Under the pieces are notes generated by a model, which made no database searches, was not told the origin of the DNA, and saw nothing but the letters and a program-made list of their open reading frames with translations. DNA of 64,000 nt from Mytilus californianus (Eukaryota), in contig NW_026262712.1 in assembly GCF_021869535.1 (NCBI RefSeq), positions 64,976,001 through 65,040,000 on the forward strand, written 5' to 3'. Numbering within the stretch: the first letter of the stretch is position 1; every line of letters starts with the position of its first letter. The position numbers and the translations under genes were made by a program. Below are positions 23,505-36,290 of the stretch, in pieces.

Positions 23505-24847
23505 CACGGCTGGTAATCTACACACGCAGAACAATCGGTTCTGCAATGAAAACCGTGAGAGGATTTTCCGGTTATGCTTGAGTGGAGTAATTGTCACCGC
23601 TTCAAAAAGAATGTACATTTCTAAATCGCAATTTTCTAATTCAACTGATCAAAATATTGAAAATTGGAGAATGCTATGCTGTGGTGAATACTTTAACGAA
23701 GAGACACATGTATCATTTACTGTTGTGCATGGAGTAAAACTCCTACAAAATCAATCGTCCCACGAGTAATTGCCGAAAAAAGTTACATTTAAATTTTGAG
23801 ATGGTTCTATTAACAGACCTATAAGTTCAGATTTAGTTTTTTTTTCTGTCAACGGGATTGAATGTCGTTTTGGGCGACGTGTACGCTGTCCGAAGGTGAT
23901 AGACGTCTTCATAAATCTAAAAACTGCCAATCTTCATCATTTCATGCGTGAGGGGATCGGTTTTGATTGAGGACATCGTGAATGCGTGAGGGGAAGTGCA
24001 ATCATATCTTTATATCGAAAAATGCAACAATCACTTCAAAGAAAGGCATATAACTTTCATAGTTTTATTGAAGTTCATACTAAATATAAATTGACAATGG
24101 AAATGGAAATGGCTACAACGTAAATATAAGTGGTTTAGATTTATGATTGACTATGTTTTTTTCTCGTGTGCATGTATTAAGACTGTAATGGCATCTCCTG
24201 AAATTGAACAAACAATTAAATTAGTTTGATTTCATTGAATCAGTTATCAGTTAATATCTATTAAAGTATATAGAAAAATTTTTGCTTTTTAATCAGCATT
24301 GATCACAGTTATTGAGTCGAGAAAAGTCACAAGGCCAAAGATTAAAAAAATGTTTGCACTTCCCCTCACGCATTCACGATGTCTTCAATCAGAACCGATC
24401 GCCTCACGCATGAAATAATGAAAATTGGCAGTTTTTAGATTTATTAAGACGTCTTTACCTTCGGACAGCGTACACGCCGCCCAAAACGACATTCAATCCC
24501 GTTGACAGAAAAAAAACTAAATCTGAACTTGAAGGTCTGTTAATGAACCATCTCAAAATTTAAATGTAACTTTTTTCAGCAATTACTCGTGGGACGATTG
24601 ATTTTGTAGGAGTTTTACTCCATGCACAACAGTAAATGATACATGTGTCTCTTCGTTAAAGTATTCACCACAGCATAGCATTCTCCGATTTTCAATATTT
24701 TAATCAGTTGAATTAGAAAATTGCGATTTAGAAATGTACATACCTTTTGAAGCGGTGACAATTACTCCACTCAAGCATAACCGGAAAATCCTCTAACGGT
24801 TTTCATTGCAGAACCAATTGTTCTGCGTGTGTAGATTACCAGCTGTG
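23505..24847. mobile_element. Foldback DNA element with ~495-bp TIRs, CAC...GTG ends and a 4-bp TSD (TATT)
   Basis: 23505-~24000 is the near-perfect reverse complement of ~24355-24847. Junctions are tatt|cacggctggtaatctac ... gtagattaccagctgtg|tatt. It sits inside a TTCTCTATTC-type repeat. Confidence 0.9.
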
Positions 24848-25651
24848 TATTTTATTTTGCATATTTTCTGTATTCTTGATTTTATTTTGCATATTTTCTA
24901 TATTCTTGATTTTATTTGGCCCATTATTCTCTATTCTGTTAATCCCATACAGACCCCAAGGTATGCGATGCTGACTAAACTACAAAACCAATAAAATATA
25001 ACATGAAGTTAATGTCAATGAAACAGCAACCCAACAACACACGTTATATTATTTGAATATAGCTATTTTTCAAATGATAGAAATGATGTCTGATTACGCG
25101 TTATATAGACAGTTCGCTCTTAAAGGGGTGCCTCATAGTTTGGTTAAATAATTTTCTGCTTCATGTAAACATAACTGTTCGTTCAATTGAGCTTGCTTCA
25201 AAAATTATTTCAAATTAAGCTACTGCTTCAGCAAAAATATGACCAGACTAGAAATAGCGTATCTCTGTATTAAAAAGATTTAATTTCCCAACTCTATAAA
25301 ACGTTCTGTTGGCTTGCTAATGTAGGTGTCAGGCCACCAATTCAAAATCCCTATCTATTCAACCATTTTTTTTCAATTTTCACAGCTTTCTAAATATTTT
25401 ACCTTAAGTTTAACTTCATAGAAAGCAGGTATATCCTGAATTGTACATGTATCACTTTTCTACATGCCAATTTTTAACCAATGTTTAAAGTTTAAACTAA
25501 CACAAGTATGGGTTTTGCTCATTGTTAAAGGCCTTGCGGTTACCCATAGTTGCTAACTTCTACGTCATTTCGAGGGTTGTCTAATTTGCAATCAAACCGC
25601 ATCTTATAATTTTTATACTAGAGACAATTTAAATAATACCTTATAATTTTT

Positions 25652-26290
25652 GTGCGTCTGAAGCGTTTTTCTGGATTAACCTTCATCAGGAACGCTCAAA
25701 CCCCAAAATTTGAAATCCATGGATGTACAAATACTTGAAAACTGGAGTTGCTATGTGACTAACAAAGGACTAAAAGAATAGCTAAATACACCCTAAATAT
25801 AAATAAGAAGATGTGGTATGAGTGCCAATGAGACAACTCTCCATCCAAGTCACAATGTGTAAAAAGTAAACAGTTATAGGTCAAAGTACGGCCTTCAACA
25901 CGGAGCCTTGGCTCACACCGAATAGCAAGCTATAAAGGGCCCCAAAATGACTGATGTAAAACAATTCAAACAGGAAAACCAACGGTCTAATCTATATAAA
26001 AAAAACGAGAAACGAGAAACACTTATGAACCACATCAGCAAACGACAAACACTGAACAACAGGCTCCAAAAGTAAACTTTGCCCGTGAGAGATGCAGATC
26101 ATTTCAACAGAGAATCTAACAAAGGTATGTTATAAATCATGTCAGTACCGAAGCACTGACTACTGAGCTGATGATACCATCAGGGACTAGCAGTCCATCA
26201 TCAGCGGTATCGATCCAGTGCTAGAAAATGAAAATACCACTGAAATTTGGTGCGTACGAACGCTTTTCTGGATTAACCTTCATCATGACA
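25652..26290 (-). mobile_element. Family-2 hammerhead-repeat monomer (two HHR-like motifs) interrupted by a family-B insertion
   Basis: HHR-like motifs on the minus strand at 25652-25698 (gcgttcCTGATGAaggttaatccaGAAAaacgcttcagacgc) and ~26248-26290 (degraded). The spacing is ~330 nt once 25801-26067 is removed. Confidence 0.65.
25801..26067 (-). mobile_element. Family B repeat (3' end, probably of a sibling PLE family)
   Basis: Plus-strand aagaagatgtggtatgagtgccaatgagacaactctcc is the reverse complement of the common family-B 3' end. Confidence 0.75.
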
Positions 26291-26308
26291 GAACAGTCAA
26301 ATCCAAAC

Positions 26309-26898
26309 ATACGGGTTATGTTCTCATATATTTTATGATGGAATGATACTTAACCCCTAACGGGAGGGATTGCGCTTGATTTTCATATGATGAAGACATA
26401 ATCTTTCGATCAGTTTAATTGAGGTTTGGAGCTGGCATGTCAGTAACTGCTAGTAGTCCTTTGTTAATTTATGTATCATTGTCATTTTGCTTAGTTTCTT
26501 TTGTTACCTATTCTGACATCGGACTCGGACTTCTTTTAAACTGAGTTTTACTGTGCGTATTGCGATGTGTTTCTTTATTCTACATTGGCTAGATGTATAG
26601 AGGGAGGGTTGAGATCTCACAAAACATGTTTAACCCCGCCGCATTTTTGCGCCTTTCCCAAGTCAGGAGCCTCTGGCCTTTGTTAGTATTGTATGTTTTT
26701 TTTTAATTTTAGTTCATTTATATGTTTCGGAGTTTAGTGTGACGTCCATTTTCACTGAATTAGTACACATATTTGTTTAGGGACCAGCTGAAGCCCGCCC
26801 CGGGTGCGATATTTTCTCGCTGTGTTGAAGACTCATTGGTGTGGCCTTTGGTCGAGTTGTTGTCTCTTTGACACATTCCCCATTTCAATTCTCAATTT
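26309..26898 (+). mobile_element. PLE family A 3'UTR (copy C) with a degraded SECIS at ~26317-26400
   Basis: Colinear with copy B. The SECIS has helix-II mismatches and AAA changed to TAA. Confidence 0.9.
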
Positions 26899-27137
26899 TA
26901 TTTGAAATCTAAAGTATTTATAAAAACTTGAATACTTGAGGACCTCTATTACCAAAAGGACAAACAAATGACCAAAAGAACAAACAAATGACCAAACAAA
27001 TGACCAAAAGGACAAACAAATGACCAAAAGGACAAACAAAGAATAGCCAAATCCATCTAAGGTTAAGGTAAAATTGCCTGAGGGAGATGAAAGCTTAGTT
27101 TCTCATACTAATAATTATCAATGGAGAATTTAAAAAG

Positions 27138-27420
27138 GACCCAGTAGTCAGCACTTTTGTGTTGACATGAATTATCATTGATATGGTCATAATCGTAAAC
27201 TAACTGTTAATAAAAAATAGAATATTTCGAAATACCCAGGAATAGATTACCTTAGCTGTAAATGACAGAACCTTTCGTAATTTTTGATCTTCATTGCTCT
27301 TCAACTTTGTACTTTGTCTGGCCTTAATCTTTTTTATTTGAGCGTCAATGATGAGTCTTTTGTAGACGAAACGCGCGTCTGCCGTACAAAATTTGAATGA
27401 TGGTATCTATGGTGAGTATT
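27138..27420 (+). mobile_element. Retrozyme-like repeat (family 1) with a near-intact type-I hammerhead at 27342-27386
   Basis: gcgtca-ATGATGA-GTC-ttttgta-GAC-GAAA-CGCGCG-TC-tgccgt. The first core C is changed to A, and stem III is palindromic. Confidence 0.8.
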
Positions 27421-27443
27421 TATAGATAATGTCAGTACTACTT

Positions 27444-27596
27444 AGCTGATGATACCCTCGGGCAATGTTCCTTTCCATATGAGCTGATGATACCCTCGGG
27501 CAATGTTCCTTTCCATATGAGCTGATGATACCCTCGGGCAATGTTCCTTTCCGTATGAGCTGATGATACCCTCGGGCAATGTTCCTTTCCATATGA
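27444..27596. repeat. 38-bp tandem repeat (~4 copies)
   Basis: Unit agctgatgataccctcgggcaatgttcctttccatatg; starts at 27444, 27482 and onward. Confidence 0.95.
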
Positions 27597-28270
27597 AAGA
27601 GGGGGGACACTGAAAACATAAATTTAATAAGCAATTGTTATAGCAAGTACATTTTTCAACTAAAAAGGAAATTATAAAATCTTTAAATCGATATAATTTT
27701 GTGAATATGTTATTAATTAGCTTTATTATTTTAATATACATTGTATTGTTTAAACGTTGTCAATGGTTTATACCTATACAATTTTAAGTATTTAATTAGT
27801 ATTATCAAGTTTTGATATTTCTGGTAACCTCAATGTATTCAAAATGTTATTTAGTACTCTATTTATACCAGAATAATAAAAGAAAGTTCCTATGATCTCT
27901 ATTTGAAAATTGATGCTTAAACGGATTACAATCGCAAAAGGACTGTAAAAGAATAACAATGATCCACGCATTGAGTATTTTAGCTGCTACAGGTAAATAG
28001 ACCCTTTTTAAAATAAGAAGTGACCTTGGATTGATGGTTTCAGATATTGCATGTGTTTCTGATTTTTTAAATCGGACCTGAATTAGTAACAATGAAGTTA
28101 CCATTCTCAAAAACATTACTCTTGTGCCATCTTGAATAGATTGAAATTGCTTTTTGTGTCTACATTGTATTTATATTTATACACTTTATGTGATGTTATA
28201 CATGTCTTCTCTATAACTATGTATTTGGTGATGAGAATTATAGATATATTTAGACCAAGTATTATTAATA

Positions 28271-28882
28271 AAATTGAGAATGGAAATAGGGAATGTGTCA
28301 AAGAGACAACAACCCGACCGAAGAGCAGAAAACAGCCGAAGGCCACAAATGGGTCTTCAACACAGCGAGAAAATCCCGCATCCGGAGGCGGGCTTCAGCT
28401 GGCCCCTAAACAAAAATGTGTACTAGTTCAGTAAAAATGGACGTCATACTAAACTCCAAAACATATAAATGAACTAAAATTAAAAAAAACATACAATACT
28501 AACAAAGGCCAGAGACTCCTGACTTGGGACAGGCGCAAAAATGCGGCGGGGTTAAACATGTTTAGTGAGATCTCAACCTTCCCCCTATACTTCTAGCCAA
28601 TGTAGAATAAACAAATACACAACAATAAGCACATTAAAACTCAGTTCAAAAGAAGCCCGAGTCCGATGTCAGAATAGGTAACAGAAGAAACTAAGCAAAA
28701 TGACAATGATATAAAAATTAACAAAGGACTACTAGCAGTTACTGACATGCCAGCTCCAGACCTCAATAAAACTGATTGAAAGATTATGTCTTCATCATAT
28801 CAAAATCAAGTACAATTACTCCCGTTAGGGCTTTAGTATCATACCATCATAAAATATATGAGAGGAACATAACCCGTATCAT
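28271..28882 (-). mobile_element. PLE family A 3'UTR (copy D) with a largely intact SECIS at 28786-28870
   Basis: The minus strand reads ctcatatattttATGATggtatgatactAAAgccctaacgggagtaattgtactTGATtttgatatgatgaagacat. Confidence 0.9.
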
Positions 28883-29029
28883 GAGTCTGTTTAGGCGACG
28901 TAGACAAAGTATATTTGGAAAAGGATTAAGGATGATTTCATTGAAACAATATTTATATTTTTATTTTATTATAGAAGTGCGGAAAACCCATCATTTAGCA
29001 TACAGTTAGAATACTAAGTTGATATAAAA

Positions 29030-29330
29030 ACTGAGTTGATATGATTGCCAATGAGACAACTCTCCACTAGAGACAAAATGACATAGAAGTTAACTACAGA
29101 ACACCGTACGGCCTCAACAACGAGCAAAACCCATACCGCATATATAGTTAGCTATAAAAAACCACAGAATGACAAATCAATACCATTCAAAAGAGAAAAC
29201 AGACGGCCTAATTTATGTACAAAACAATAAACGAAAAACAGATATGCCAACAAACGACAACCACTGAATTACAGGCTTCTGACTTGGGACACATACAGAA
29301 TGTGGCGGAGTTAAACATGTTTGCTTGCGC
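29030..29330 (-). mobile_element. Family B repeat
   Basis: Contains gattgccaatgagacaactctccac and the shared module gacttgggac...gttaaacatgtt. Confidence 0.8.
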
Positions 29331-29843
29331 TTACCCTCCTGGATATTTATTTATTTTCATGTCAACAGTCATTATTTCATGTTCATTTTTTGATTTCCCA
29401 AAATATTCCTTACGTGAGTTTCTTGTCAAAAGGCACAATTTCTGTCCCAATCCAACATAGAATCTGAAAGATATAGTGAGTCTGTCGCCCTTCGTCCCGG
29501 TCGGGTCAATTTGCAGAACCTATATTTTGGATTTATTCTTCCTTTGTTCTTGTTTTAAATATGAATATTTGCCTGCAATATTTAATACTGGACAATTAAT
29601 CAACCAATCCTTTCCTCAATTACATGTATACGCTACCATCTCTCAACATGTCAATTTGTAAAAGCGTAAAATGAGATAGATGAGGAGTACAGACAATCAA
29701 TCAAAAAAAACTTTCACATAGATAAAACTAAAAGCTCACAACAAAATTAATCCGATTTTACGATAAATATACAACATTGAACATTAATTTTCAAATCATA
29801 CCAAGTAACCGTTTATTGTTGTTTTACCTATCTGATTTTACAG

Positions 29844-32153
29844 CTATGACAGTTTTCGCAGACACATGCTACAAGACTTCCGGGTCGTATGTCTATTCTA
29901 CCTACTGTAGTGGCTACTGCTCTGGTACCTACGGTCACGATGCCTGTGTATACTACTATACATACTACTACTACTATAATGATGCTGTCAGTGTTGTGTA
30001 AGTCATTGTATTAAGTCATATATTTTGAGATGGGTCGTGACGACCGTTGGAATGTTTTGCTGCCTAGATACATCTTTTAGGTTATTTCGAATAGACAGAA
30101 AAAATATTACAGTCAGTCTTATAGTTTAATTCTAAATTCCATTTTTAAGGTGTAGATCATTAAAAATACGTTGATAAAGTCACGGTCACATGACAAACTT
30201 ATGTCTATGAGCTGATAGACAAAAAACTTTCAGCCAATCAGAAGACGTGTTACATCCAAAACTAAATTATTTATGTATAGTCATTTATTTTTCATTATGT
30301 TCATTGATCTTCAAAACTGCATTGGTCTGTGCTTTATTGAACGGTTTTAAGCAAAACATATATTATACTTTCCTGGACACATTATTCTGACTTCGAACCG
30401 ACTTGGTCAGAGTTTTACAATTTAAGATAGGTTGTAAGATTTCATGAAATGCAGGCTAGATACAACAGAAATAAACCATTCAGACGCTCTTGGTCCAGTG
30501 ATATGTACTAGTTTTTTTTCTCATCCTGACCCAAATCCCTCTACACTGACTAATATTAGCCTTTTGTGTCCGAGTCATATCAAGATATTAATTTATAAGA
30601 AAGATTAAAACTTTCCTTCTAAATATTTGTCACGTTGACCTAAATTTTACACTGAATTGACACCCATTTTTTGTAGGAATTCTTTTCCAAAATATTAGTT
30701 GACTTACAAAGTTTGAAATTTCCTTCAAAAGCTGGCCACCTTTCAATTCATGATTCACCAAATTTAGTTTAATTTCATCTGAATTCTCTGCCCTCCCAAT
30801 TACATGTTTAACATACATTCATCTTAACTAGGATGAGTTATTTCGAAAAACTTCAAATGACATTACTAGATTTATAAAGGTGTCGTCACGAAATCGAAGC
30901 CAATTCAATGTTTTTCTCAGGTTGATTAAAATTGACTTTGGAAACAAAAGTTGTCTCAATGGCAATCATACCAAATCTCCTTATGTTTAAAAATTGAAAA
31001 AAAATAAATCTAAAAACATCACCATCTTCTTTACAAATGGATTATACGACATTTATAAATATTAATGAAATCAATAACATGTTTTACAGAAGTACAGGTG
31101 TGATAGCTGGTATAGTGATCGGATGTCTGTTTGCTCTGGGAATTGTAATTGCAATAATTGTTGTCATTTGTAAGTCAGTCGCGAAGTCTTCAGGATCACA
31201 TGGTCGAATCATACAGCCTACAGCAACATCCGGTACAACTGTAGCCTATACTAACGCATCTCAAATCGGTTTGTTATTCTAAAATCATACTTTATTTGTG
31301 AAAAAAATGCATTAACAGATACTAGTAGGGCTTTATAGCCAGTTCATGACTTAGTGCTTGTGATCGCTTGCTTGTCACTTTGGAAGACATCCACCATAAT
31401 TTTAAAATTACTGATGCAATACCTTGTTGAAAATACACTGCACAGTACATTATTGTAATTTTAATTAAAAATTCTGTCACAATAAAATGTTGCATTAATA
31501 TAATATTGAAGATACAGAAAGAGGTTCAATCATGCACATTACATACTTGTTCAACCTTCAAATATGTACAGACCTGAAGCTTTTCTCATACGAAACAGTC
31601 TGTTTTACCTGGTACTATTTTAAAACTTTTATTGTAGTTTAGATATCGATTCCAGTGTAAAATATTCTACAATCCAATCAATTAGTATTTCTTAAATGTT
31701 ACATTTATACCAGGAAAAAATATAGAGTTGAACTGATTGTGGTTTCTGTGAATGTAATTCATTTTTTTTTTATTACATGTATCTAATATTATAAAAATGA
31801 ATCAAAATTAGCCGCGATTTGAATATGTAAGATATCATCTATAATCTTTCTCCGATATTACCAATGATAGCTGCTTGGTTTTTTATGTTATATTGTTTAT
31901 TGTAATCTTTCAAATTATATTTTTATCAGGACAGCCAACATATTACGATGGAAACACCACACACCTAGAACAGCAACCAAATTACCCTAGTTATTACCAG
32001 CCACCGTCAAATGGATACCCGCCAAATACCAGCTACCCGCCAAATACTGGTTACCCACCGTCATCGATCCATACCGCAGCAAAGCCACCACCATATTCAG
32101 GCAATAATCTTGGAGGTTTAGCCCCTGTGGATATTCAGAATACGAAAATTTAA
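29844..32153 (+). CDS. Cysteine/tyrosine-rich single-pass membrane protein (CYYR1/Shisa-like) with a PPxY tail; signal-peptide exon not located
   Basis: Exons 29844-29997 (DTCYKTSGSYVYSTYCSGYCSGTYGHDACVYYYTYYYYY), 31090-31268 (TM GVIAGIVIGCLFALGIVIAIIVVIC) and 31930-32153 (YQPPSNGYPPNTSYPPNTGYPP...KPPPYSG*). Splice phases are consistent (1/2, 2/1, 1) with GT-AG sites. AATAAA overlaps the stop and recurs near 32166. Confidence 0.85.
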
Positions 32154-33731
32154 TAAAAGTCTATGAATAAAGCGACTGTCATTTTGATGCTGAGTTTTTA
32201 AGATCGTAAACATAACAGCAGCTGTCACATCGTTTAGGTGACTGGAACATAGTCTAAGGTCAAAAGCGATTCATCTATCTTAAATTCCCCTATTATTTCA
32301 TATAAAAACATTTTTAATCGAATGAAGATATTTCTTGCCCAAATTAAATGATATTTTTTCTGTTAAATACAGAAATGTGTGCAGATTCTGACTATAATAA
32401 TGAAATGTTTAATATTTTTAGGGAAATCATTGTTTAATGACAAATATGAATTTCAGCATGAAATAATCATATGACTATATAGGAAAAAATGACACTTAAT
32501 TTAAACACTTGTATACAATGATGATTTCTCAGTAATGATATGTCATAAAAATATTTCATAATAACCATAAAAAAGACTGTGCATATTTGTGAGATAAACT
32601 TTTGTTTCAAATTCGGAACTCAAATAAATTTTTGACAAAGTTTTACAAAAAAATGCATGTGTGTTATTTCATGTGTATTAAATAATACGGGAATTTGGGA
32701 TAGGTGAAACACTTTTGACCTAAGACTGTGTATCTATGAATTATTTTGACATATTTTCAATAACATTCAATAATGTTTGTGGTCTCCTAGTCTGTTTTCT
32801 TTTTAATTCCTGTAAACTAAACTTGTAATATCATTTATCTGACAAAATAAACAATAAACATAGCATTCCTGTAACTATATACACCCATGCAATGCTTCAT
32901 CATAATCGACAAAATTGGCACGCTCATGTGAGCACTCTGTCTTCCCGAAATGCTCTTTTATTTGATGACTTCTCTGGCGAGAGAATTTCTATCATAGGAT
33001 TTTTTAACGAAGTCCTGGCCTTCTATTTTAACAGTTAATTGTGTTATAAAGAACTGCATTTACATCAAATGAATATACTTTTTGTATGCAATCAAACACA
33101 CCGGGTTGTCAATAAGACAGCATTCAAACGATGCCAAAAATTCAAGACAACTATGAAGCCAATATACGGTTGTCATACATACCCTTTACACGAAATTTAG
33201 ATCAAAAATAATAGGCAGGTTCTGACAAGAAGGTCGCCCTAAAAGGGCTAAAATTTAGACTGCCAATGGAAAAAGAGAATGTAATATAATGGCAGAAAAT
33301 GAGTCTTACAATAGATAGCACCTACGACCCCTCACAGGGGTGCAGAAAGTGTGGCACTCTCCCTGCACGAGTCTCAAGATTCTCATTTCGTCCGGACGTG
33401 GCTGCGTATTTATACATCCAAGGTGCAAGTAATAACAATTGAAAAAATGTTTATCAAAACCAAACAACAAAATTTATTGTAAAGCCATAAAGGTAAACTT
33501 AAAAATAGAAAATTATTAAATTGCAACAACTTTTTAATTAACGACTAAACGTAGAATGATTGAAGACACTCTTTTAATATGTGATGATGATGGATGGCTG
33601 TTTGACTTCCAGCGGCAAATTAACACGGCCGTCACTCGGCTAACCGAGAGATTGGTCGGTTAATCTATATTGAGTATGCGGCTATATCGGCGGTTGGTCT
33701 GTTAATTGGGTTGGCTAAAGTCTGTTAATCA

Positions 33732-35190
33732 GGTGTTATCGAGAAGGTGAAAATTTATCTCCTGCTTTGTTTTCTGTATATCTGAATGATTTACAAGCAT
33801 TTTTAGAAGAATTAGATACAAAAGGTTTACAGTCAATAAGTGCAGACCTAGAAAATGAACTAGATGTGTATCTGAAGATTTTCTTATTGTTATATGCTGA
33901 TGACACTGTTTTATTAGCGGATAGTAACACTGAATTACAAAATATGTTAAACAAATTTGCCATATATTGTAACAAATGGCAACTTAAGGTAAATGTTGAT
34001 AAAACAAAAGTTCTTGTTTTTGCTAATGGTAGAATTCCACAAAATTTGAATTTCTCTATTAATGATACTGAAATTGAGATTGTTAAAAATTATAAATATT
34101 TAGGAATATTTTTTTCAAAAAGTGGTTCATTTTTACAAACTAGAAAATATTTAAGAGACCAAGGAATAAAGGCTATGTATTCTATCTTGAAGAAGAGTAG
34201 AATTAATAATTTATCTATTGAATGTCAACTAGATCTCTTTGATAAGGCTGTTGTACCTATTTTGTTATATGGGTCAGAGATTTGGGGTTTTGAAAACTTT
34301 GACTTATTAGAGCGGGTGCACCTAAAATTTTGCAAACTCATTTTACATTTAAAGCAATCAACCCCAGACTGTATAGTTTATGCTGAACTAGGCAGATTCC
34401 CAATACTTCTTTATGCAAAAGTTCGTATGATAAATTTTTGGGGCAGAATTATAAACGGTAAAGAGTGTAAAACTTCTCATGTTCTTTATAAATTATTACT
34501 TATAAATTTAAATAACTATGGTTTTGAAAGTAAATGATTGATTTATATAATAAAATGTTTTAGATAATTGTGGAATGTCTAATATTTGGAATATGCAGTT
34601 TGCTGACAAATGGGTATCAAAAAGTGTGGAACAAAAACTTAAAGATCAGTTCACACAATTATGTTTGTCACATATAGATAGCTTACCTAAATGCATATGT
34701 TATAGAATTTTTAAGACTAATTTGAAATTTGAGAATTATCTCAACATATTGCCTAATAATTTATTATTTGTATACTGCAAATTTAGATGTGGAAGTCACC
34801 GGTTACCAATTGAGACGGGAAGATGGCGAGGCTTGTCACGAAACGACAGACTTTGTCATCTCTGCGATTCAAGTGGTATTGGTGACGAATATCATTACAT
34901 CATGACTTGTAAATCTTTGGATGTAGAGAGAAAGAAATTTTTATCTGAATATTGCTGTAAAAATCCAAATACATACAAATTTAATGGTTTATTTAATTCA
35001 GACAATACTATCATTTTAGAAAAATTATGTAAGCTTATAAAAATAATACAGGTGAAAGTCAGTCCTCCAAGTTAAGTTACGTTTGTTCACACATGTGCAT
35101 GCTTATATATACATATATGTAATTGTAGATATATATTTTCTCTGTAATTATGCTATGACATGTAGTTTTGTGAGAATAAAGTTCAGAAAA
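33732..35190 (+). mobile_element. 5'-truncated non-LTR retrotransposon (LINE): RT C-terminal half plus a Cys/His tail, with one nonsense codon
   Basis: GENLSP.LF...LND, LLLYADDTVLL, YKYLGI, PILLYGSEIWG and R.CHLC...GDEYHY..C. ORFs 33767-34537 and 34575-35075 are one frame split by TGA at 34535-34537. The 3' boundary is approximate. Confidence 0.9.
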
Positions 35191-35894
35191 TACTTGCAAG
35201 TTCAGTATGTTTCATTGTATAACTTTTTAAATATATTTTTTATCATAAAAATTATTCATGTCTGACAAAACAATTCAATGTACTGAATCCAGTGGTGTAA
35301 TTTTTTTTTCTAGCTTCGATAAACAATCAATAAAATGAAAAGGCGGGTTACTCATCAATAAATTTATACACATTTTACACACACAAAATGTACACAAAAT
35401 GACAACTTGGCTGAATTTACTTGCATGCAATATTTTGAACATCGAAAAAAGACAGGCATTATGTTTGATAACCATATTAATATCATTGTGTGAAAAATCT
35501 ACACGAAAATCTGTATTTTGGTGATATTAATCAATTTTTATTAAAAACCTGGTCTGTTAATGGGTCGGATGTATAAAACCCGGTCTGTTATTTGGTCTGT
35601 TAAGAGTTATGAATGGCAATGAAAATATAATTTGATTGCTTTATGGGGAGTTATCGGATCAAATGGGTAGGCTCAAGACGAGTGGCTAAAATATACGGAA
35701 ACAACACATGAACAATGAAACATAAATTTAGACAATGGAAATTGGAAATTGATAAAAATGGTTTCAAAAAGTGTAATATTAAAGTAATATTAATTTCATT
35801 CAAGAATGGTCGCATATATATCATGTGAATTCTGTTTCGTTGTTATGAATGACACCAATTTGTCATCTACATTGGTAACCAGTATATACATCAT

Positions 35895-36290
35895 TTTTAT
35901 AGTTCGTTCTTAGTTGTACTATTATACCACTGTCCCAGGTTAGGGGAGGGTTGGGATCCCGCTAACATGTTTAACCCCGCCACATTATGTATGTATGTGC
36001 CTGTCCCAAGTCAGGAGCCTGTAAATCAGTGGTTGTCGTTTGTTTATGTGTTACATATTTGTTTTTCGTTCATTTTTTTTTTAAATATATAAATAAGTCC
36101 GTTAGTTTTCTCGTTTGAATTGTTTTACATTGTCATTTCGGGGCCTTTTATAGCTGACTATGCGGTATGGGCTTTGCTCATTGTTGAAGGCCGTACGGTG
36201 ACCTAAAGTTGTTAATTTCTGTGTCATTTTGGTGTCTTGTGAAGAGTTGTGTCATTGGCAATCATACCACATCTGCTTTTTTATATCAGA
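35895..36290 (+). mobile_element. Family B repeat, longest copy, containing the module shared with family A
   Basis: ggggagggttgggatcccgctaacatgtttaaccccgcc...gcctgtcccaagtcaggagcct, ending cattggcaatcataccacatct. Confidence 0.85.

Noticed and set aside
27407-27741. ORFs with GTLPEGIISS repeats, and CTGATGA as a hammerhead core
   Set aside because: The ORFs come from the 38-bp tandem repeat. The CTGATGA there has no stem II/GAAA/stem III arrangement.
28132-28434. ORFs containing [15 protein letters not shown] (also 12503-12849 and 26833-27039)
   Set aside because: They are chance ORFs across the non-coding family-A 3'UTR, with no conserved frame between copies.
33320-33410. GC-rich hairpins with GAAA as a possible hammerhead
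   Set aside because: There is no complete CUGANGA, and the cleavage-site base would be G.
34535-34537. In-frame TGA in the LINE ORF as a possible selenocysteine codon
   Set aside because: The context ESK*LIYI fits a Trp position (TGG>TGA), not Cys, and no SECIS follows this LINE. It is an ordinary nonsense mutation.
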